A program made the position numbers and the translations under genes. Below the pieces are notes generated by a model. It worked only from the letters and a program-made list of their open reading frames with translations. It was not told the DNA's origin and made no database searches. A stretch of DNA of 64,000 bases from a candidate division WOR-3 bacterium. Lineage in GTDB: Bacteria; Hydrothermota; Hydrothermia; LBFQ01; DSFT01. Below are positions 43,219 to 53,337 of this stretch, piece by piece (position 1 is the first letter of the stretch; every line of letters begins with the position of its first letter). The stretch is taken from the NCBI GenBank assembly GCA_965649115.1, contig CBFGJN010000001.1, positions 13,576 to 77,575 on the forward strand. The letters are read 5' to 3'.

Positions 43219-44130
43219 ATGATAATTGTTCATGGTGGTGCAGGTGAATGGAATGAAGAAAAATTTAAAATTGCTGAAAAAATTTTAATTAAAGCAGTAG
43301 AAGAAGCATTAGAAATTTTAAGAAAAGATGATGACCCTATAACTGCTTGTGAAACAGCTATTAAAATTCTTGAAGATGAACCTATCTTTAATGCAGGAAC
43401 GGGAAGTGTTTTGAATATATTTGGTGAGGTTGAAATGGATGCAAGCATTATGCGTGGAGATAATTTAAAAGCAGGGGCTGTTGCAGGTATTAAAAATATT
43501 AAAAATCCAATCAGTTTAGCAAGGAAAATTATGGAAGAAACTGAACATGTTTTAATAATTTCAGAAGGCGCTCAAAAACTTGCTAAAACCTTTGGATTTG
43601 AAGAATATAATCCTATTACAGATGAAAGTATTGAAAAGTACAAAAAGGCAAAAGAAAATTTTGATAAAATTAATAGTTTGAAACATATTAAAGAATTTAT
43701 GGAAAAATATCCAAATTATTTCATTGGAACTGTTGGAGCAGTTGTTGTAAATAGTAAGGGAGTTATTGTAAGTGGTTCTTCAACAGGTGGGACAATTTTA
43801 AAATTAAAGGGTAGAGTTGGAGATACACCCTTAATTGGTGCAGGAATATATGCTAATGATGTTTGTGGAGCAAGTGCAACAGGAATAGGAGAGGGCATAA
43901 TTAGAGTAAATTTAAGTTCATTTGTTTGTTATTTAGTTAAATTTGGAGTTTCAGTTGAAAATGCTACAAAAAGTGCTATTGATTATTTAACTCAAAAAGT
44001 AAATTTGCCAGCAGGTATTATTGCTGTTGATAAATATGGAAATGTAGGATTTTATCATAATACAAAATATATGCCTGTTGCCTACTATAAAGATGGTGAA
44101 ATTCAAACAAAATTTAGTTGTTTTGTCTAG
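43219..44130 (+). CDS. iaaA: Isoaspartyl peptidase/L-asparaginase
   Basis: 'IVHGGAG', 'FNAG.GS', 'EMDASIM', 'GTVGAV', 'GRVGDTP', 'SATG.GE'. Confidence 0.93.
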   Translation: MIIVHGGAGEWNEEKFKIAEKILIKAVEEALEILRKDDDPITACETAIKILEDEPIFNAGTGSVLNIFGEVEMDASIMRGDNLKAGAVAGIKNIKNPISLARKIMEETEHVLIISEGAQKLAKTFGFEEYNPITDESIEKYKKAKENFDKINSLKHIKEFMEKYPNYFIGTVGAVVVNSKGVIVSGSSTGGTILKLKGRVGDTPLIGAGIYANDVCGASATGIGEGIIRVNLSSFVCYLVKFGVSVENATKSAIDYLTQKVNLPAGIIAVDKYGNVGFYHNTKYMPVAYYKDGEIQTKFSCFV

Positions 44131-44240
44131 TAATTCCAATTTCGGTTATGGGGGGCAAAGCCCTCTTAACCCCCGATAAATCAACTATTTTAAGGACTTA
44201 ACAATAATTACTGAACAAATAGTTCGGCTGTGGGGCTGAG
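44119..44240 (-). mobile_element. Deleted MITE copy between convergent genes
   Basis: TGTTTTGTCTAGTAATT end, GGGGGGCAAAGCCCTC hairpin, AATAATTACTGAACAAA end. Confidence 0.7.
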
Positions 44241-44254
44241 CAATTTAAAGAACT

Positions 44255-45652
44255 TTATATTTTTTCTTCTTCAAGATTAATAAATTTTAAATTTTTAGAT
44301 TTTATTTCTTTTAATATACTTCCAAGTGATTTTAGTGTGTTTTTTCTTTCGTGAAATAGAATTATTGAACCTCCTCTTAATTGGTTAATTACTTTAAAAT
44401 AAATTCCATTTGGACTTAAAAGTTTCCAATCTTCTGAATCATCGTTCCATAAAACTACTTTCATATTTAAGTCTCTTATTACTGAATCCATAGTGTAGGA
44501 ATATCTTCCATAAGGTGGTCTAAAAAGGAAGGGTTTAAAACCTGTTAATTTCTCTATTAATTTATTTGTAGTATCAATCTCTTTTCTTATCGTTTTATAA
44601 TCTTTAAAAATTAAAACAGGTGAGTGTGAATATGAATGATTTCCAATTATGTGTCCCCTCTTATAAATTTCTAAAACTTCATTTGGATATTTTTCTATAT
44701 TCTTTCCAACTAGAAAGAAAACAGCTTTTATTTGGTATTTATCTAAGGTATCAAGTATTTGTTTTGTCCATGGACTTGGTCCATCATCAAATGTTATTAA
44801 AACTTCGTCTTTGCTATTTAATTGATATATAATATATGGCTTTTTAAGTAATTTTTTGTTTAGTTGAGCATGGACTTCAAAGTACGAAAATGTAATTAGT
44901 ATAATAGCAAAAACTACAAATGCTAAAATGTTTCTTCTTTTTATCTCTCTAATTGGTGGTAAGTTCTTCATAATAGGTTTTTTAAAAACATTTAAAAAGA
45001 TGTAATTTAGTAAAATATATACAAATAAAGATTTAAAAAGACCCATTTTAAATCTCCTACTTGATGTAATAACAGGATTGTTAATGGTTTTTACTTTGCC
45101 TATTTTCTTTAAACGATTGCCAAGGTCAATATCTTCGCCTGTTATAAAATTTAAATTAAATCCACCCACTTTCAAAAATGCTGATTTTTTAACTGCAAAA
45201 TTACAACCTGCAAAACTATTATTTCCTTTTATCATTCTTTCAATTTTTAAGACAATTGGTGTAAAAATTTTAAAAATTAATGATGTAAAATTAAAGACCT
45301 CTTTAAATTTTACTTCTCCATTTAAAGCAATTATATTTTCATCTTTTTTAAATTCCTCAACATATTTACTTATCCAATTTCTTGGAACAATAGTGTCAGC
45401 ATCTGTTGATAAAATAATATCCCCACTTGCATTTAAAAATCCTGTTTGTCTTGCAAAGGCAGTTCCTTTTCTATTTTCAACAATTACTTTAACAGGATAA
45501 TTTTTTAAAATTTCTAATGTTCTATCAGTAGAACCATTATCAACAACAATAATTTCATATTCTTCTTCATAATCTTGATTTAGCAAAGATTCTATACAAT
45601 TTTTTATATATTTTTCTTCATTATAAACAGGAATAACGATAGAAACTTTCAT
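44255..45652 (-). CDS. GT2 glycosyltransferase fused to NodB polysaccharide deacetylase (start moved to 45652)
   Basis: 'SIVIPVYNEE','DNGSTD','TDAD','GED'; TM segments; 'TFDDGP','GNHSYSH','FRPPYG'. The longer tracked start is MITE DNA. Confidence 0.9.
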   Translation of the reverse strand: MKVSIVIPVYNEEKYIKNCIESLLNQDYEEEYEIIVVDNGSTDRTLEILKNYPVKVIVENRKGTAFARQTGFLNASGDIILSTDADTIVPRNWISKYVEEFKKDENIIALNGEVKFKEVFNFTSLIFKIFTPIVLKIERMIKGNNSFAGCNFAVKKSAFLKVGGFNLNFITGEDIDLGNRLKKIGKVKTINNPVITSSRRFKMGLFKSLFVYILLNYIFLNVFKKPIMKNLPPIREIKRRNILAFVVFAIILITFSYFEVHAQLNKKLLKKPYIIYQLNSKDEVLITFDDGPSPWTKQILDTLDKYQIKAVFFLVGKNIEKYPNEVLEIYKRGHIIGNHSYSHSPVLIFKDYKTIRKEIDTTNKLIEKLTGFKPFLFRPPYGRYSYTMDSVIRDLNMKVVLWNDDSEDWKLLSPNGIYFKVINQLRGGSIILFHERKNTLKSLGSILKEIKSKNLKFINLEEEKI

Positions 45653-45690
45653 AATATATAAAATTTTAAAGTTTAATGTTGATTTTTTTG

Positions 45691-46195
45691 TGCCTTGTCC
45701 AATAATTCTGGAAATATAATTATTTCTATATTTTCCCACCCGCCCTAAAAATAAGCCTTCGGCTTTAAAAAACCCCATCTTTTGCTATGGGGGGCTCTGC
45801 CCCCCATAAAGTGCCCCCATTATTTCAAGTATTTCAATTAATACTTAATAAGTAGTTGATTATCAATCACTTAGCAATAATTATTGGACAAAGCAAGAGT
45901 TAGTTGCTGTGTCTAAGAATTCTGAAAGTATTTATTTTTCTTATTTTGCCCACCCGCCCTGAAATAAAGGCTACGCCTTTAAAATGCCCATTTTTCGGCT
46001 GTGGGGGGCTCCGCCCCCCATTAGATCCCCCATAAAATCAATAGTTTTATTGAAATTTTCGTAAGTCATTGATAATCAAGGATTTAACAATAATTATTGG
46101 ACAAAGCAATTTTTTTGTGCTGTGTCCAGTAATTCTGAAATATAAAATAATTCTTTTTCCCCCGAAAAATCAAGAGTTTTAATTAACAATATTTT
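45691..46195 (-). mobile_element. Tandem MITE cluster: 45691-45895, 45905-46108, partial from 46118
   Basis: Two full copies (205 and 204 bp) ending TTATTGGACAAAGCA; all junctions are 9 nt. Confidence 0.9.
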
Positions 46196-46216
46196 TCATG
46201 CTTTAAAATTTTCAAA

Positions 46217-46400
46217 CATGCAGGCGACAGGGAAGAGGGGTGAAATTCCCCCGCTGTCCCAGCAGCCGTGATGGGCATAAAAATTGCCCCTGAAAGCCAC
46301 TGCCGAAAGGTGGGAAGGCTCAGGGGTTTTTAGCCCTAAGCCGGAAGACCTGCCTGCATGCTTCAAAACCCTTCCTGCTGGGGTTCAGGAAGGGGGGAGG
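46217..46400 (+). ncRNA. Cobalamin riboswitch with expression platform
   Basis: P1 CATGCAGGC/GCCTGCATG; 'GCCACTG...GGGAAGGC'; B12 box 'AAGCCGGAAGACCTGCC'; kissing loop CCCAGC (46258)/GCTGGG (46377) next to SD GGAGG. Confidence 0.93.
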
Positions 46401-46408
46401 TTGTAAGC

Positions 46409-47833
46409 TTGCTTGATACTATAATTGTTATAGATACTTTTAGATTTTTTTATAAAATTGATAGTTTAAGTAAATTTTCAGATTTTAGGGAAGTTTTTAG
46501 ACAGAATAGTTCTATTATTTTTAGAGAACTTTCTAATAGGATTGTAGTTTCAATAAGAGGACTTGAAGATAAGCAAAATGAAGTTTATTTAAATGGTGTA
46601 AAATTGAATAATCCAATTTGGGGATTTTTTTATGCTAATGCTTTACCTTTAAATTTAATAAGTTCTTCAAACGTTATTCTGAATAATTATAGAGTAAATT
46701 TTGAAATTTCAGGGGAGAAAGAAATTGGATTTTTTATTGGCTCATATAATAAATTTTCAATGTACTATAAAAATGGAACTTTTGGAATTGAAAGAACATA
46801 TAATGAAAATAATTACAGATATTGGGATAGTTTTAATAGGGAATATCAAAGAAAAAATAATTTTGAAGATAAAATTGGAGGATTTTTAAATTTTAAGAAT
46901 TTAAGCATCATTTTTTATGATGGAATTTTTGGAATGCCATTAAGAGGATATGGTAATGAAGGAAGCGATTTTGAAATTTATAAAGGTTTAATTTTAAGTT
47001 ATAAAAATCATTATTTTAATTATCAATTCTATCGCTATAATTATGAAAAACCCTATGAAAGCTATATATTGGATCTCAATTATTTCCAAGTAGTTTTTTC
47101 AAATATGGAAGAATTTCACAAAAGATTTATTTTCAAAATGCCTTTCAAATATCTTGGTTATTTTTCAATAGTTTTAGATGAAAACAATTTCAAATTTGAC
47201 TATTTAATTTCAAAAGCTTTTAGGTATCATAATTTTATTTTTGAATTAGCACTAAAAAGAAGAATTCCAAATTTTTCTGAATTATATTATAAAAGTAATT
47301 ATGCAATTGGAAATCAAAGCTTAACCCCTGAAAATTTTTACACATTACAAATGAAATATAAACTTTTTGACATTTTTATAACTTATATTCAAAATCCTAT
47401 TTTATGGCTACCTGATGAAAATTATTGGAAAGCTCAAAACTTAAATTATTTATTTTTATATGGTTTTGAAATGGATTATAATTATAGATTTTTAGAGTTT
47501 TCAGTTTCTTATATCAAAAATAAGCTTTCAAATAACATGATATTGCCATATAGACCAAATTTAACAATTTCAGCCTCTATAAATTACAATTTTAGCTCTT
47601 TCTTGAAAGATAAATTAGTTTTTATATATTATTCAAAAAGACCAAGCTATTATTATCCTTCAAGTTTTTATTTAGAACCAATTTTAATAATAGATTATTA
47701 TAAATTCTTTGAGTTTAAAAAGTTTTTCTTCTACATTTACTTTAAAAATCTTTTAAATAAATCTTATGAGTTTATAAAAGGCTATCCTATGGAAAGCTTT
47801 TCTTTAAACATAAAAGGAGGTTTAAAGTGGTAG
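46409..47833 (+). CDS. Small TonB-dependent receptor (BtuB-like); start probably TTG 46409
   Basis: Plug 'SIRGL...VYLNGVKLN', 'R.PNFSELYY', 'L.PE', 'NLLNKSYE...GYP'; follows the riboswitch. Confidence 0.75.
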   Translation: MLDTIIVIDTFRFFYKIDSLSKFSDFREVFRQNSSIIFRELSNRIVVSIRGLEDKQNEVYLNGVKLNNPIWGFFYANALPLNLISSSNVILNNYRVNFEISGEKEIGFFIGSYNKFSMYYKNGTFGIERTYNENNYRYWDSFNREYQRKNNFEDKIGGFLNFKNLSIIFYDGIFGMPLRGYGNEGSDFEIYKGLILSYKNHYFNYQFYRYNYEKPYESYILDLNYFQVVFSNMEEFHKRFIFKMPFKYLGYFSIVLDENNFKFDYLISKAFRYHNFIFELALKRRIPNFSELYYKSNYAIGNQSLTPENFYTLQMKYKLFDIFITYIQNPILWLPDENYWKAQNLNYLFLYGFEMDYNYRFLEFSVSYIKNKLSNNMILPYRPNLTISASINYNFSSFLKDKLVFIYYSKRPSYYYPSSFYLEPILIIDYYKFFEFKKFFFYIYFKNLLNKSYEFIKGYPMESFSLNIKGGLKW

Positions 47834-48912
47834 CTTGGATAGATACAATATACTTATTTTCACACGGAGATGGTCAATGGTATGGTCAAAATAACTATCC
47901 TTATATTGTTTATAATTCTCCACCTAATTCTGCTACACCTACTAATCCTTCACTTGATGTTTTATCGCTTGGAAAATATGGATTTATTATTTTTGGATTT
48001 AAAAATAAATTTACAAATTCGGAGATAAGAGTTTTTGAAAATGCTTTTATAACATCTACAAATCCTGACACGCAAGTTTTTGCTGAACCTGGACTTCTTT
48101 ACTATTCTAAAAATGGAAAATTATTTTTTATTTATCCTTTTGATACAAGCTCAAATAACATATACTATTGGAAAGGTCTTGCTGGAATAAAACCAACGAA
48201 TTATGGAGCGAATACAAATGATCCGAATGTTTGGATGGGTGATAAATTTCTATTTAATGATACTGTAAGATTTGTTTTAATAGCGGATTGGATAGAGAAG
48301 TGTAAAAGTCAATTGTGTTCAGGTTTTGATTTAGATGCAACTGCTTGTTTAAATTGTCAAAACGATAATTATAATTATCAATTGCCTGAAATTATTTATG
48401 CAGTAGGAATTGGTGGAGATACAAATGATTGGGAAAATAAATTAAAATTTGTAGATGGCAATTGTTTAAATATAGGTGAAAATGGGATTGTTATTTTTAG
48501 AAATTTAAATATCATTAACAAAAATGGAATTGATTTTAAAATTAAAACAAATAAACCTGTCAGAATATATGGTGGAAATGGAAAACTGAATTTTATAAAT
48601 GCTTTTTATAGTGATTCAAGAGTGGATAGTATTGGTGAAATAGATTCACTAAAATCAAGACAAATTTTAAGTCCATTTATTGTTTCTGATACTATTAATA
48701 TAATTGCTATAAGAAGCAAAGAAAATGCTTGTATTGATGGAATTGAGATTTATAACGCAAAATTAAATGAAGAAATAAAAAATTATGATATTGTAGAAAT
48801 TTATAATTTAAGTGGTAAAAGGGTTTTTTATGGAAAGTATATGGATTTTAAATCAAAGGGTGTTTTTATAATAAGAAAAGGGAAACTTATCAAAAAGGAG
48901 GTAAAAAAATGA
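47827..48912 (+). CDS. Cell-surface protein with T9SS-like CTD in the B12 operon
   Basis: 'SLG..G.I..GF', 'VFENAF', 'FAEPG', 'GFDLDA'; CTD 'IYNLSGKRV'. Confidence 0.6.
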   Translation: MVAWIDTIYLFSHGDGQWYGQNNYPYIVYNSPPNSATPTNPSLDVLSLGKYGFIIFGFKNKFTNSEIRVFENAFITSTNPDTQVFAEPGLLYYSKNGKLFFIYPFDTSSNNIYYWKGLAGIKPTNYGANTNDPNVWMGDKFLFNDTVRFVLIADWIEKCKSQLCSGFDLDATACLNCQNDNYNYQLPEIIYAVGIGGDTNDWENKLKFVDGNCLNIGENGIVIFRNLNIINKNGIDFKIKTNKPVRIYGGNGKLNFINAFYSDSRVDSIGEIDSLKSRQILSPFIVSDTINIIAIRSKENACIDGIEIYNAKLNEEIKNYDIVEIYNLSGKRVFYGKYMDFKSKGVFIIRKGKLIKKEVKK

Positions 48913-50066
48913 TAAACCTTATAGTTAGCTATGGAGCGTTTGTTATTGGTCAAAGTACAAAACAAGTTTATATTATATATCAAAATCAGATTGTTGATAG
49001 CTTTCCAACTGGAACAAGAGCTGTTCCAAATTATCTAATATCTTTTGGTGATACTTTTCTTATTGTGAATTCTGGTGGATTTTCAGATAATGGCTCAATT
49101 GCTTTTATAAAGAATAAAAACATCATATATGAACTTTTACTTCCAAGCTTTATGAATCCTATGGAAGCTGTTAAGGTAAACAACAAAATATATTTTACTG
49201 ATTTTGGAGATACTTTTAATGATAAAATTTACATTATTCAAAATTACCAAATTATTGATTCAATAAAGGTTTATAAAAGACCAAGTTCAATAGCTTATTG
49301 TTTTGGCTATATCTTTTCTACTTCAACGGGGATAAATAGTGATTATAGTTATGACGATTCGTCATTTGTTCATAAAATAAATCCTTCAAACAATAGTGTT
49401 TTGAACTTAAAGCTTCGCTCAAATGCTAATGGTGTAAAATGTGATAATAATTATGTTTATGTAATGACAAGTGGAACTTATGATAATAATTTCAATCCTT
49501 TAAACAATTCAACAATTTATAAAATAAATCCACTGACATTTCAAATTATTGATTCTACAAAAAATTTAGAAAATGTTTCAAGTTTTGCTGTTGGTAATAA
49601 TTATATTCTTGTTGGTGTTTGGAAATTTGATAGTGTAAAAGTTTATAAAATAAATAAAAATAATTTTAGTTTAATTGATAGTTTCAAATTAAATTATGGT
49701 GGCCTTGGAGGGATTGATTTTGATGGTCAATTTTTTAAATTTTCACTTGGTGGATTTACAGGTGGTCCAAATGTAATTTATGTTTTAAAAGAAAGTGATA
49801 ATACTTCATATTATTTTATTCATCATAATAGTGATGTTGGAAGTGGATTTATTAAAGGATTTATTAGTTTATCTAATTACGAGGTCGTTAAAAATAAAGT
49901 TGGAAACGGAATTATTCATTTCTCAAAAATTCAAGAAATCTATGTTTATGATATTTCAGGAAGAAAAATCCTTCATTTAAGAGATAATAAGTTAAATTTA
50001 AGAAGTTTAAATAATGGCGTTTATATTATTAAAACTGATGAAGGATATTTGAAAATTTTAAAATAA
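48909..50066 (+). CDS. YncE/BtuG-like beta-propeller with T9SS-like CTD
   Basis: 'VPN.....D.FLIVNSG', 'NP......KIYFT', 'IDSIKV..RP'; CTD 'VYDISGRKI...LNNGVYIIK'. Confidence 0.65.
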   Translation: MINLIVSYGAFVIGQSTKQVYIIYQNQIVDSFPTGTRAVPNYLISFGDTFLIVNSGGFSDNGSIAFIKNKNIIYELLLPSFMNPMEAVKVNNKIYFTDFGDTFNDKIYIIQNYQIIDSIKVYKRPSSIAYCFGYIFSTSTGINSDYSYDDSSFVHKINPSNNSVLNLKLRSNANGVKCDNNYVYVMTSGTYDNNFNPLNNSTIYKINPLTFQIIDSTKNLENVSSFAVGNNYILVGVWKFDSVKVYKINKNNFSLIDSFKLNYGGLGGIDFDGQFFKFSLGGFTGGPNVIYVLKESDNTSYYFIHHNSDVGSGFIKGFISLSNYEVVKNKVGNGIIHFSKIQEIYVYDISGRKILHLRDNKLNLRSLNNGVYIIKTDEGYLKILK

Positions 50067-50074
50067 ATTGAGAT

Positions 50075-50364
50075 AAACTTTATTGGGGGTAGGGTTTTAA
50101 GGGAGTCCCCCCATAGCCTAAAAATGGACATTTAAAAGATGGATTTTTTAAAGCTGTGGGCTTAATTTTTAGGATAGGTAGGCAAAATATAGAAATACAA
50201 TAACTTATAAATTTTTAAGGAAATTGTTAATTTATTGGGGGAAATTAAGGGGGGCGAAGCCCCCCACTGCCGAAAAATGGGTATTTTTAAGCCGAAGGCT
50301 TAATTATAGGGTGGGTGGGCAAAATATAGAAATGAATATATTTTTAGAATTATTGGACACAGCA
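50075..50364 (+). mobile_element. Two consecutive partial MITE copies
   Basis: Duplicated CCCCCA.(T)GCC.AAAAATGG blocks; GGGGGGCGAAGCCCCCC; end TTATTGGACACAGCA. Confidence 0.85.
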
Positions 50365-50399
50365 TTTGAACCTTTCTTATGCCCTTTAAAATTTAAATT

Positions 50400-51890
50400 A
50401 TGCTATTTTTAAATTTTCAATTTACATGGAGTGGTTATTCAGATATTCATATAGCTGATGAGCAGATAAAAAGTGTGAAAGAAATTGGAAATGGTTTTCT
50501 CATAACAGGATATTTCTATAATGATGATGGTTATGCTGATGTTATTATTATGAAAATTGATAAATTAGGTAATGTCGTTTGGGCTAAGTACTTTGGTGAT
50601 TTTTATGTAGATGATGTTGGTTATGATATTTTAATTTTAAATGATGGTTTTTTGATTTTTGGGACAACAAATCAGGGTTCAATTGATGGCTATAATGATT
50701 TATTTCTTGCAAAATTTACAAATAATGGAGATTTAATTTGGGCAAAAATTTATAAATATCCAGGTCAGGTTTATGCTAATGAAATTATAAGAGATAGTAA
50801 TAGTTACATTCTTGTTTCAAAAATAGCTCCTGGAAATGTTTCACTTCATCCATTTGTTATAAATGTGGATACTAATGGAAATATAATATGGGCTAAATTT
50901 TATGGTTATCCTTCTGATATTCAGGAATATAGTCCTGCTTATTATTTTGATAGAATAGCACTAAAAATAAATGATGGTTTCTTTATATTAGGTAGTAAAA
51001 TTTATCAAGTTCAACCTTCATATCATTATGATATTTATCTCCTAAAAATTGATAATAACGAGAATCCATTATGGGCAAAGAGTTATGGTGGTGATAATGT
51101 TCCAAGCCATAATGAAAATGCTAGTTCTATCATTAAGTCAATAGATGGAAATTATTACATTATTGGTAGTTATGGCTCATTTAGTGTTAGTCAATATGGC
51201 ATATATTTATTAAAAATTGATCAAAATGGCAATTTAATAAAATCAAAGGTTTATTATCAAAATATGGGAGCATCATCAGGTTTAAGGATTTTTCAAAACA
51301 ACGATAAGTTAATTATTCCTTATAGTAATTATTCAAGTTATTATCCACTTGGTATTTTAGTAATTGATACATCAGGTTCAATTTTTTCAAATAAGCAACA
51401 ATTTTTAATAAGAAGTGATATTACTGATATAATAGAAACTAACGAAGGTCTTTTTGCTATTGGTTATACACTTGATAACAATGCTAAACCATTTGAAGTG
51501 AATTTTAATTTCTTAGATAAAATTGGTTTTTCCTGTAATCAGAACATTGATGTAAGTTATTTATCTTCAAACGCCTTTACAAATGTTCAAAATCTTCAAA
51601 ATCCAAGTGTTGATGATATTACAAATAATATAATCATTTCAGATTACAATATATTACCCAAAAATAAATCTATTACCATAACATTATCTTGCTTGACATA
51701 TATAAGGGAAACAACTCAATACAAAATTAATGGTAATATCATTAAATTTAAAAATACAGTTAAGTTTTCTATTTATAAGCCAAATGGAAGCATTTATTTC
51801 AAGGGTTATGGTAATGAATTTAAGTTCAAAGAAAATGGATTGTACTTTATAAAATTAGAAAATGAGGTTTTTAGGGTTTTTATTCCTTAG
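50400..51890 (+). CDS. Secreted beta-propeller protein with T9SS-like CTD
   Basis: Repeated 'KID..GN..WAK.YG'; CTD 'IYKPNGS...ENGLYFIK'. Confidence 0.7.
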   Translation: MLFLNFQFTWSGYSDIHIADEQIKSVKEIGNGFLITGYFYNDDGYADVIIMKIDKLGNVVWAKYFGDFYVDDVGYDILILNDGFLIFGTTNQGSIDGYNDLFLAKFTNNGDLIWAKIYKYPGQVYANEIIRDSNSYILVSKIAPGNVSLHPFVINVDTNGNIIWAKFYGYPSDIQEYSPAYYFDRIALKINDGFFILGSKIYQVQPSYHYDIYLLKIDNNENPLWAKSYGGDNVPSHNENASSIIKSIDGNYYIIGSYGSFSVSQYGIYLLKIDQNGNLIKSKVYYQNMGASSGLRIFQNNDKLIIPYSNYSSYYPLGILVIDTSGSIFSNKQQFLIRSDITDIIETNEGLFAIGYTLDNNAKPFEVNFNFLDKIGFSCNQNIDVSYLSSNAFTNVQNLQNPSVDDITNNIIISDYNILPKNKSITITLSCLTYIRETTQYKINGNIIKFKNTVKFSIYKPNGSIYFKGYGNEFKFKENGLYFIKLENEVFRVFIP

Positions 51891-52680
51891 TTTCTTAATT
51901 TCTTGTCAAATGAGAGATTATTATGTCCTTGGGGTATTTCCTTCTCAAAAAGAAATTGCTACTTACACTGAACTACAAAAAATAGCAGAAGATTTATCAA
52001 AAGAACTCAAAAGACCTGTCAGATTATATATTGGTAATAATTATGAGGATATGGAAAATAAACTAAAAGTTGGATTTTTTGACTTTGCATTTGTTCCCTC
52101 TTTAATTTATATTGAAGTTAGTGATAAATATGAAATGGTTTTGAAGTTTTTAAGGAATAATAAAGGATTTTACAGAGGACAATTCGTAGTTTTAAAAGAC
52201 ATTGATAGTATTAGTCAATTAAGAAATAAAAATTGGGCTTTTCCTGATAAAAAATCTACAAGTGGTTATTTGCTTCCAAAATATATGCTTTTGAAAATGG
52301 GTATAGATCCAGATACATTTTTTAATTATCAATATGAAGCAGGTTCCCACGATAAAGCAATTGAATTGCTTATAAGAGGAAATGTTCAATTAGCTACTAC
52401 TTTTGAAGATGTTAGAGAAAGAATGAAAGATAAATTTCCTGATATTTTTGAAAAAACTAAAATTCTTCTTTATACTGATTCTATACCTAATGATGGCTTC
52501 GCAATAAATAGAAAAATAAAAGGTATTGAAAAAGAAAAAATTATAGAGTCAATTAAGAAGGTTGTTAAAAATAATGGTGATTTATTTTATAGATTTTTAG
52601 GTAGCAAAGAACTTATTCCTGCAAGCGATAGCGATTATAAGATATTGTGGGATATTAAAAATAAAATTAGTGTTAAATAA
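51862..52680 (+). CDS. PhnD-like phosphate/phosphonate-binding lipoprotein
   Basis: Lipobox LISC; 'AFPD..STSGYLLP', 'GSHD', 'IPND'. Confidence 0.88.
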   Translation: MRFLGFLFLSFLISCQMRDYYVLGVFPSQKEIATYTELQKIAEDLSKELKRPVRLYIGNNYEDMENKLKVGFFDFAFVPSLIYIEVSDKYEMVLKFLRNNKGFYRGQFVVLKDIDSISQLRNKNWAFPDKKSTSGYLLPKYMLLKMGIDPDTFFNYQYEAGSHDKAIELLIRGNVQLATTFEDVRERMKDKFPDIFEKTKILLYTDSIPNDGFAINRKIKGIEKEKIIESIKKVVKNNGDLFYRFLGSKELIPASDSDYKILWDIKNKISVK

Positions 52681-52768
52681 TTTATAAAAAATTTTCTGAA
52701 ATTATTGTTTTAATGGGGGCTCCGCCTCCGAGGCATAAAAATGGGGTATTTATAAGCCGAAGGCTTAT
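52672..52768 (+). mobile_element. Truncated MITE copy
   Basis: GGGGGCTCCGCCTCC and TAAGCCGAAGGCTTA hairpins. Confidence 0.7.
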
Positions 52769-52799
52769 ATTATTTTAATCTATCCTTTAAAATTTTCAT

Positions 52800-53321
52800 A
52801 TGGTCAGAACAATTGAAAATATCTGGTTAAGTTGTTCCTTGATTTATAGAGTTTTTCTTGTTCTCCTTTCAAGTTCAATTATTTTCATTTCTGCTCAAAT
52901 ATCTATAAATTTACCATTTACACCTGTTCCAATAACGGGACAGACATTTGCTATATTCTTACTTGGACTTATTCTTCCAAAAGATTGGGCTATTTATAGT
53001 GTTTTAGCTTATATAATGGAAGGTGCGATTGGTTTTCCTGTATTTGCTAATTTTAGAGGTGGTATAAGTGTTATTTTAGGTCCAACAGGTGGATATATTC
53101 TATCTTGGGTCTTAGCTATTGTAATTTTGAAATTTTTATTAAATTACATTCCTAAGTTTTTTGCCTTGCTAATTTCAAGTTTTTTTGTATTATTTATAGG
53201 AAGTATGTGGCTTGGGTTTTTCGTTGGTTTTGAAAATGCTTTTAAAATGGGCTTCTTACCATTTATAGTTGGAGATTTTATTAAAATTTTAATTTTATCA
53301 TTTGTTCCTATTAAAAAATGA
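52800..53321 (+). CDS. bioY: Biotin transporter BioY
   Basis: 'PFTPVPITGQT', 'G.PVFA', 'GPTGGYI', 'PFIVGD.IK'. Confidence 0.93.
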   Translation: MVRTIENIWLSCSLIYRVFLVLLSSSIIFISAQISINLPFTPVPITGQTFAIFLLGLILPKDWAIYSVLAYIMEGAIGFPVFANFRGGISVILGPTGGYILSWVLAIVILKFLLNYIPKFFALLISSFFVLFIGSMWLGFFVGFENAFKMGFLPFIVGDFIKILILSFVPIKK

Positions 53322-53337
53322 GCTTTAAAATTTTGCT

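Noticed and set aside
41071..43898. Short antisense or overlapping ORFs here and elsewhere
   Set aside because: Shadows of well-supported genes, without motifs or start signals.
50224..50412. ORFs 50224..50412 and 5546..5737, and the N-terminal extension 45653..45778
   Set aside because: They are MITE sequence, with no transposase motifs.
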